From: a virus | Lineage: Duplodnaviria > Caudoviricetes | Virus record (IMG/VR): IMGVR_UViG_3300042549_006840 | Span: 1,622 to 65,621 of that record | DNA length: 64,000 bases | Strand: one strand, 5' to 3' | Part shown: in pieces, positions 60,081-64,000 of the stretch | Position numbering within the stretch: the first letter of the stretch is position 1 | How the letters are laid out: the number at the start of each line of letters is the position of its first letter | Notes under the pieces: generated by a model | What the model saw: only the letters and a program-made list of their open reading frames with translations | The model's database searches: none | Told to the model about the DNA's origin: nothing | Translations under genes and position numbers: made by a program

Positions 60081-60156
60081 TGGTACGAGTAGGGGGATTC
60101 GAACCCACGACCAATAGATTAAAAGTCTACTGCTCTACCAACTGAGCTATACTCGC
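60081..60156 (-). tRNA. trnK: tRNA-Lys(TTT)
   Basis: Loop CTTTTAA, canonical D and T arms. Confidence 0.93.
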
Positions 60157-60267
60157 ATTATGTTGTCGACGCAATGCCTTGTTAGACTTGCGATGAATTC
60201 CTGCTTTACGGAACAGTGCTAGACGAACGAAGCAGTTACGTTCGCGCACGATTTTCTTTCGTTTCAT
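60127..60267 (-). CDS. Small highly basic protein (46 aa) whose stop codon lies inside tRNA-Lys
   Basis: MKRKKIVRERNCFVRLALFRKAGIHRKSNKALRRQHNASIAQLVEQ with an AAGGT RBS. Confidence 0.65.
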   Translation of the reverse strand: MKRKKIVRERNCFVRLALFRKAGIHRKSNKALRRQHNASIAQLVEQ

Positions 60268-60287
60268 ACAATACCTTTAAAATTGAA

Positions 60288-60361
60288 TGGCAGAGGGTAC
60301 TGGGATCGAACCAGTGATAACAGAGTCAAAGTCTGGTGTGTTACCGCTACACTAACCCCCA
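60288..60361 (-). tRNA. trnQ: tRNA-Gln(TTG)
   Basis: Loop CTTTGAC, GCCA end. Confidence 0.9.
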
Positions 60362-60368
60362 ACAAAAA

Positions 60369-60442
60369 TGGTCTCGGTAGGAAGAATCGAACTTCCGTCT
60401 CATGGTCCCAAACCACGAATTCTGCCATTAAACTACACCGAG
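60369..60442 (-). tRNA. trnP: tRNA-Pro(TGG)
   Basis: Loop TTTGGGA, C1:G72, A73. Confidence 0.9.
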
Positions 60443-60490
60443 AGTGGACTGACAACTTATCACATTGTACTCCGTCAGTCAAGGAGATTT

Positions 60491-60575
60491 TGGTGGAGAT
60501 GACAGGGATCGAACCTGTTGTGACATAAGTCGGAAGATTTACAGTCTCCTGCCATACCATTACGGCGGCATCTCC
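60491..60575 (-). tRNA. trnY: tRNA-Tyr(GTA)
   Basis: Loop CTGTAAA, long variable arm. Confidence 0.9.
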
Positions 60576-60579
60576 AAAA

Positions 60580-60654
60580 TGGAAGAGCGACGGGGAATCG
60601 AACCCCGCTTCTTAGGATGAAAACCTAATGTCCTAACCGATAGACGACCGCTCC
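60580..60654 (-). tRNA. trnE: tRNA-Glu(TTC)
   Basis: Loop TTTTCAT, D arm GTCTATCGGTTAGGAC. Confidence 0.9.
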
Positions 60655-60950
60655 ATATTTTTGTTGTGACGCCTGGTCGCAATCTCCAGGTGAGTCTCCG
60701 CAACCGAAAAGGATCGGTCCGTACACACTATAGCCAATGAATTCATCACAACAAAAATTAGGATCAGGCCACTTACCCTCGTAAGCCCCTGAATGAGTTG
60801 TTACCCTGTCCACCGGTTTAACTGTAACGGTTCGGATCCGTCTTGTGATTTCTCAAGTCGCTCTCAATCGAGCCTTGCGGGTGATCATCAACCGAGCTCT
60901 TAAGGTGTTGCAATTCCCTAACTCTATAACGCTGAGTTAACGCGAGGTTC

Positions 60951-61027
60951 TGGAGTAGGTGACAGGGATCGAACCTGCATGATACGGATTTGCAATCCGG
61001 TGCCTAACCATTCAGCTACACACCTAC
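60951..61027 (-). tRNA. trnC: tRNA-Cys(GCA)
   Basis: Loop TTGCAAA, U73. Confidence 0.9.
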
Positions 61028-61034
61028 ACAAAAC

Positions 61035-61110
61035 TGGCTCCTCGACCTGGGCTCGAACCAGGGACAACTTGATTAACAGTCAAGTGCTCTACCAACTGAG
61101 CTATCAAGGA
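61035..61110 (-). tRNA. trnN: tRNA-Asn(GTT)
   Basis: Loop CTGTTAA, GCCA end. Confidence 0.93.
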
Positions 61111-61115
61111 ATAAT

Positions 61116-61190
61116 TGGTTGCGGAGGCTGGAATCGCACCAGCGATCTTCAGGTTATGAGCCTGACGGATTACTACTTTCCTACTCCGCG
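61116..61190 (-). tRNA. trnM: Initiator tRNA-fMet(CAT)
   Basis: CGCGG start, C1:A72 mismatch, loop CTCATAA. Confidence 0.88.
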
Positions 61191-61197
61191 ATAAACT

Positions 61198-61273
61198 TGG
61201 CGGACTTGACGAGTTTTGATCTCGCTGCCTCTGGCGTGACAAGCCAGTGCTCTCCCGATTGAGCTACAAGTCC
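61198..61273 (-). tRNA. trnD: tRNA-Asp(GTC)
   Basis: Loop TTGTCAC, G73; atypical T-loop ATCAAAA. Confidence 0.88.
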
Positions 61274-61674
61274 AAAATCCCTGCATGTACTTTGTTGTGG
61301 CAATTACTACACAAACACACACATTTTTCTAATTCATTAAGTAGGCGTTCCCATTTAAAATGAACTGAAGCGCCTATTGTAAACTCCTTTTGAGAAGAGT
61401 CAACATGGTGGAACTCTAGACAACAATTTTCTTCTTCACCACATACAACGCAACTCAAAGTCGATTTGTAATCTTCCAATAGTTGTTTATGCCTGATACG
61501 TCGCTCATTGTTGCGAGCATTATATTTTTCTGCATACTTTGTAGAGTAGTTGCTTCTATGCTTCTCACGAGCACAAATCTTACAAAAAGGTTGGAAACCA
61601 TCCTTCTTAGATTTGTCTTTACGAAACTCATTAGAGTCTTTTTCTGCTTTACAGCAAGAACATATTTTCTTCAT
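61264..61674 (-). CDS. HNH endonuclease with N-terminal Cys zinc-binding motif
   Basis: CSCC..CKIC, then CVVCG..LEFHH...LCSNCHNKVH. Confidence 0.88.
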   Translation of the reverse strand: MKKICSCCKAEKDSNEFRKDKSKKDGFQPFCKICAREKHRSNYSTKYAEKYNARNNERRIRHKQLLEDYKSTLSCVVCGEEENCCLEFHHVDSSQKEFTIGASVHFKWERLLNELEKCVCLCSNCHNKVHAGILDL

Positions 61675-61742
61675 AAATCCTCCTAAATGTATTTAGGGTT
61701 CGCAACTTTTCAGAAATTGAACCCTACATTTAGGATAATATT

Positions 61743-61817
61743 TGGTGGAGACCGTCGGTATCGAACCGATCTAGACATTTTCCTTGCAAGGGAAAACCGT
61801 AGCCCTCTACTGCCCCC
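61743..61817 (-). tRNA. trnA: tRNA-Ala(TGC) with reduced D-loop
   Basis: Loop CTTGCAA, G3:U70, A73, D arm GTAG-AGGG-CTAC. Confidence 0.8.
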
Positions 61818-62151
61818 TAATATTATAGTAAAGTGCTATCTGCCGATTTGTCAAAATGTAGCTAACACAGACAAGCGAATAGCGGTTATATTAGGACCTG
61901 TTCCTCGCACAGTTAGGCCCGCATAGTGTACACGTCTGCACACGATACCCTGATAACACTTTACTATAATACCATTAGAAAACACACTGGCAAATCCCTT
62001 CCTGAGTTATGCATTTGCTCTGCGCACTCTTGTTATCACGTATTCCTTGGACTTGAGATCTAACTCTGGAATGCAAACCCTGTTAAATGAGTTACCTCAT
62101 TCGGCCTGACTGACATCCATCCGCAACGGTACTGGGCAGTGTGTTTACTAA

Positions 62152-62225
62152 TGGTATCCGGTAGAGGTAACGATCCTCTGTCTATGGCTTATCAAGCCAT
62201 TGCTCTTCCTTTGAGCTAACCGGAC
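62152..62225 (-). tRNA. trnI: tRNA-Ile(GAT)
   Basis: Loop TTGATAA, ACCA end; atypical T-loop ATCGTTA. Confidence 0.87.
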
Positions 62226-62288
62226 ACATAATGAAACCTAAATTTTAAAAGAACTCTTCTTATAGGAGTCTCGATCGACCCACTACGT

Positions 62289-62316
62289 ATTATACCCAGA
62301 TCTCATTTTGAGTCAA
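62289..62316 (-). promoter_or_regulatory. Sigma70-type promoter directly upstream of the tRNA array
   Basis: TTGACT-16 nt-TATAAT. Confidence 0.65.
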
Positions 62317-62352
62317 CAGGTTTGTCAACTTTATTTTTAGATCAACGCTAAT

Positions 62353-62384
62353 AAAAAACCCCAGGCTCTTTCGAGGCTGGGGTC
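62353..62384 (-). terminator. Intrinsic terminator (attenuator hairpin)
   Basis: GACCCCAGCCTC-GAAA-GAGCCTGGGG followed by TTTTTT. Confidence 0.88.
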
Positions 62385-62411
62385 TTGTATTAGAGCTGGA
62401 CTTTGTGCTCT

Positions 62412-62516
62412 TTACACGACCCCTACAGTATCCCAGCTATTTTCACACGCAAAGATACCATAGCCTGTTGAGGGCTGGTGCTTCGGCATTGAAATGGCTG
62501 ACAGTGTAAATTGCAC
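62412..62516 (-). CDS. Putative leader peptide (34 aa)
   Basis: GGAG RBS, GTG start, MQFTLSAISMPKHQPSTGYGIFACENSWDTVGVV; lies between a promoter and the terminator. Confidence 0.7.
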   Translation of the reverse strand: MQFTLSAISMPKHQPSTGYGIFACENSWDTVGVV

Positions 62517-62547
62517 AAAATTCTCCGTTGTTGTTTGTATATAGTCT

Positions 62548-62576
62548 ATTATCTTCTAAAAGCCCAAAAAGGTCAA
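62548..62576 (-). promoter_or_regulatory. Sigma70-type promoter for the leader
   Basis: TTGACC-17 nt-GATAAT. Confidence 0.6.
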
Positions 62577-62869
62577 CAGTATAAATCTACTTTTGTACCC
62601 AATTGGATGTTTTTATTTTCTTGTAGCTCAAAAGTCCTACGCTGAAACAAGTACAACTCCATATCTTTATACTGATTGTAAATTCTCTGATTCCTAGCTA
62701 TTCTTTGTTCTTCGTTGTATCTGTTCAGCTTGTAAGCTTCAACAACCTTCTCTTCTTCTTTTATTTTCTGTCTGCGATCGGTAAGCTGTTGCGCACGAAC
62801 TTGATCTAACTGTTGCTCATACAATCTAGAAGCGTATCCAGTGTTATTGGATACTTTTTCTATTTGCAT
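62573..62869 (-). CDS. Hypothetical coiled-coil protein
   Basis: MQIEKVS...LGTKVDLYC. Confidence 0.6.
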   Translation of the reverse strand: MQIEKVSNNTGYASRLYEQQLDQVRAQQLTDRRQKIKEEEKVVEAYKLNRYNEEQRIARNQRIYNQYKDMELYLFQRRTFELQENKNIQLGTKVDLYC

Positions 62870-63126
62870 TTTACTTTGTCGATTAAGTCGCATGCGGCTT
62901 TAGCGTAACGAATATCATAAATGCAGTCCAGTAACTCCAGCTCTTGCATAATTAATTCGGTAGTCTTTGCTTGGAACAGTTCTTGAGCATACAGTAGGTC
63001 ATCTACTGACGCAGTATCGTACCATTCCAGCAAAGTTTGATGGTCAACCTTCAACAAAAAGTCCAAATTTCTTTGGTCCCTTTCGTTCATTCTGTAAGAT
63101 TGCACTTTTTTTGAATTGTTTTTCAT
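62860..63126 (-). CDS. Hypothetical protein
   Basis: MNERDQRNLDFLL..DDLLYAQEL; true start may be 63090. Confidence 0.6.
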   Translation of the reverse strand: MKNNSKKVQSYRMNERDQRNLDFLLKVDHQTLLEWYDTASVDDLLYAQELFQAKTTELIMQELELLDCIYDIRYAKAACDLIDKVKCK

Positions 63127-63304
63127 TTTTTGAGCGACATTTCAATAAAATCATTCATCCTGAAAGGAAATATTGATAATTTCAATTCAGGATTACTCTT
63201 TTTTAAATCTTTTGCGCGAGATTCGGCCATTTGCGTGTTATGGAAAAATCCATAAACGATCATTGTTGACTTATCGTACACAAAATAGAACATTTAACCT
63301 CTAC

Positions 63305-63607
63305 TTACTTGCAAAAACGCTTGGCGTTGTAGAAGTATGTAGTAGCTCCAGCATCACTCATGCCGAGTTCGGTCTTGATATCAGCAATTACGGCCTTACG
63401 GTTACCGCTATGACGCTGGAAAATAGCCATAGCCGCTTCTTGCTTCGTACCAGCACGCTTCACACGCTCTTTAGGCTCAGTAGATTTAGCTACTTTTGCA
63501 GGTTTCTTAGGCATAGCAGCGAATTTAGCACTGATCTCAGCAGCGGGAATAGAGTTAACATTGAATACAGAAGAGATAGTATCAATAGTTTCTTGAGAAA
63601 TGGTCAT
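63305..63607 (-). CDS. Hypothetical early protein, possibly DNA-binding
   Basis: Lys/Ala-rich linker, then TKQEAAMAIF..LGMSDAGATTYFYNAKR. Confidence 0.65.
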   Translation of the reverse strand: MTISQETIDTISSVFNVNSIPAAEISAKFAAMPKKPAKVAKSTEPKERVKRAGTKQEAAMAIFQRHSGNRKAVIADIKTELGMSDAGATTYFYNAKRFCK

Positions 63608-63636
63608 AATAAAGTCCTTAGTTAGTTGGAATATCA

Positions 63637-63665
63637 ATTATACAATGGTTTGGCCAAAAAGTCAA
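63637..63665 (-). promoter_or_regulatory. Sigma70-type early promoter
   Basis: TTGACT-17 nt-TATAAT. Confidence 0.8.
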
Positions 63666-63668
63666 CAG

Positions 63669-63902
63669 TTATTTTAACAGTTTTTCTAGCCGGGCAACGA
63701 TTTCGGCGCGTGTACACGCAACAATTCCTTGTTGGAACGTGGTGTAAGCACAACCAGAATCGGTAATTTTAGCTTGGTCTATGCAAAGTTGGATAATTTG
63801 CTGGGCAAATTTCTCAATTGCGGCAGAATCCCAGGAATCTGGAGTACCATCACAGTACATTCCTGTGTTGTAAGCGATCTTATCTATTAGTTCATTCATC
63901 AT
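63669..63902 (-). CDS. Hypothetical protein
   Basis: MNELIDKIA..IEKFAQQIIQLC, a small phage ORF type. Confidence 0.6.
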   Translation of the reverse strand: MMNELIDKIAYNTGMYCDGTPDSWDSAAIEKFAQQIIQLCIDQAKITDSGCAYTTFQQGIVACTRAEIVARLEKLLK

Positions 63903-64000
63903 TTTATCCAGTAAAATTAGGCATGCTCATTCTCCAAGGTTAAAATTGTAGCAGGGTACATAATCTTACCATCATACTCCAACTGACTCTGCTCGAAGTC

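Noticed and set aside
60761-60950. RNase P RNA or group I intron
   Set aside because: No GAGGAAAGTCC-type RNase P signature, no recognisable intron core, and no interrupted gene.
58080-61926. ORF-track ORFs overlapping tRNAs (e.g. 58482-58802, 60264-60560, 61024-61242 and the 5' extension of 58268-58642)
   Set aside because: They are translations of tRNA or ncRNA sequence.
63100-63300. AT-rich intergenic stretch as a replication origin
   Set aside because: No iterons or other diagnostic motifs seen; AT richness alone is insufficient. The + strand ORF 63173-63625 is antisense to a better-supported gene.
1-64000. Stop-codon reassignment or suppressor tRNA
   Set aside because: Core genes are intact in the standard code with TAA, TAG and TGA all used as stops; no CTA, TTA or TCA anticodon was found.

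Overview
This is a 64 kb segment of a large T4-like myophage. The tmRNA tag ANDERFALAA suggests a betaproteobacterial host, but that is inference. Positions 1-39.5 kb (minus strand) hold virion genes: gp17 (partial), gp16, gp15, gp14, gp13, a four-gene 2OG-oxygenase/glycosyltransferase/methyltransferase cassette, four Gly-X-Gln collagen-like fibre genes (three with S74-type chaperone C-termini), other fibre genes, and baseplate gp8, gp7, gp6, gp25, gp5, hub, gp53 and gp48. Positions 39.5-45.7 kb (plus strand) hold gp4, gp2, gp54, gp26/gp51 (apparently joined by a -1 frameshift) and two paralogous proteins carrying M15 peptidase and lysozyme domains. These are followed by gp32, gp59, gp33, a secreted/membrane protein module and cell-wall enzymes. 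The right end is a translation island: a circularly permuted tmRNA and 21 tRNAs covering 19 amino acids, interleaved with structured non-coding cassettes. The array is preceded by an apparent leader-peptide attenuator whose 34 codons specify 19 of the 20 amino acids. All calls were made by eye; no database search or folding program was run.
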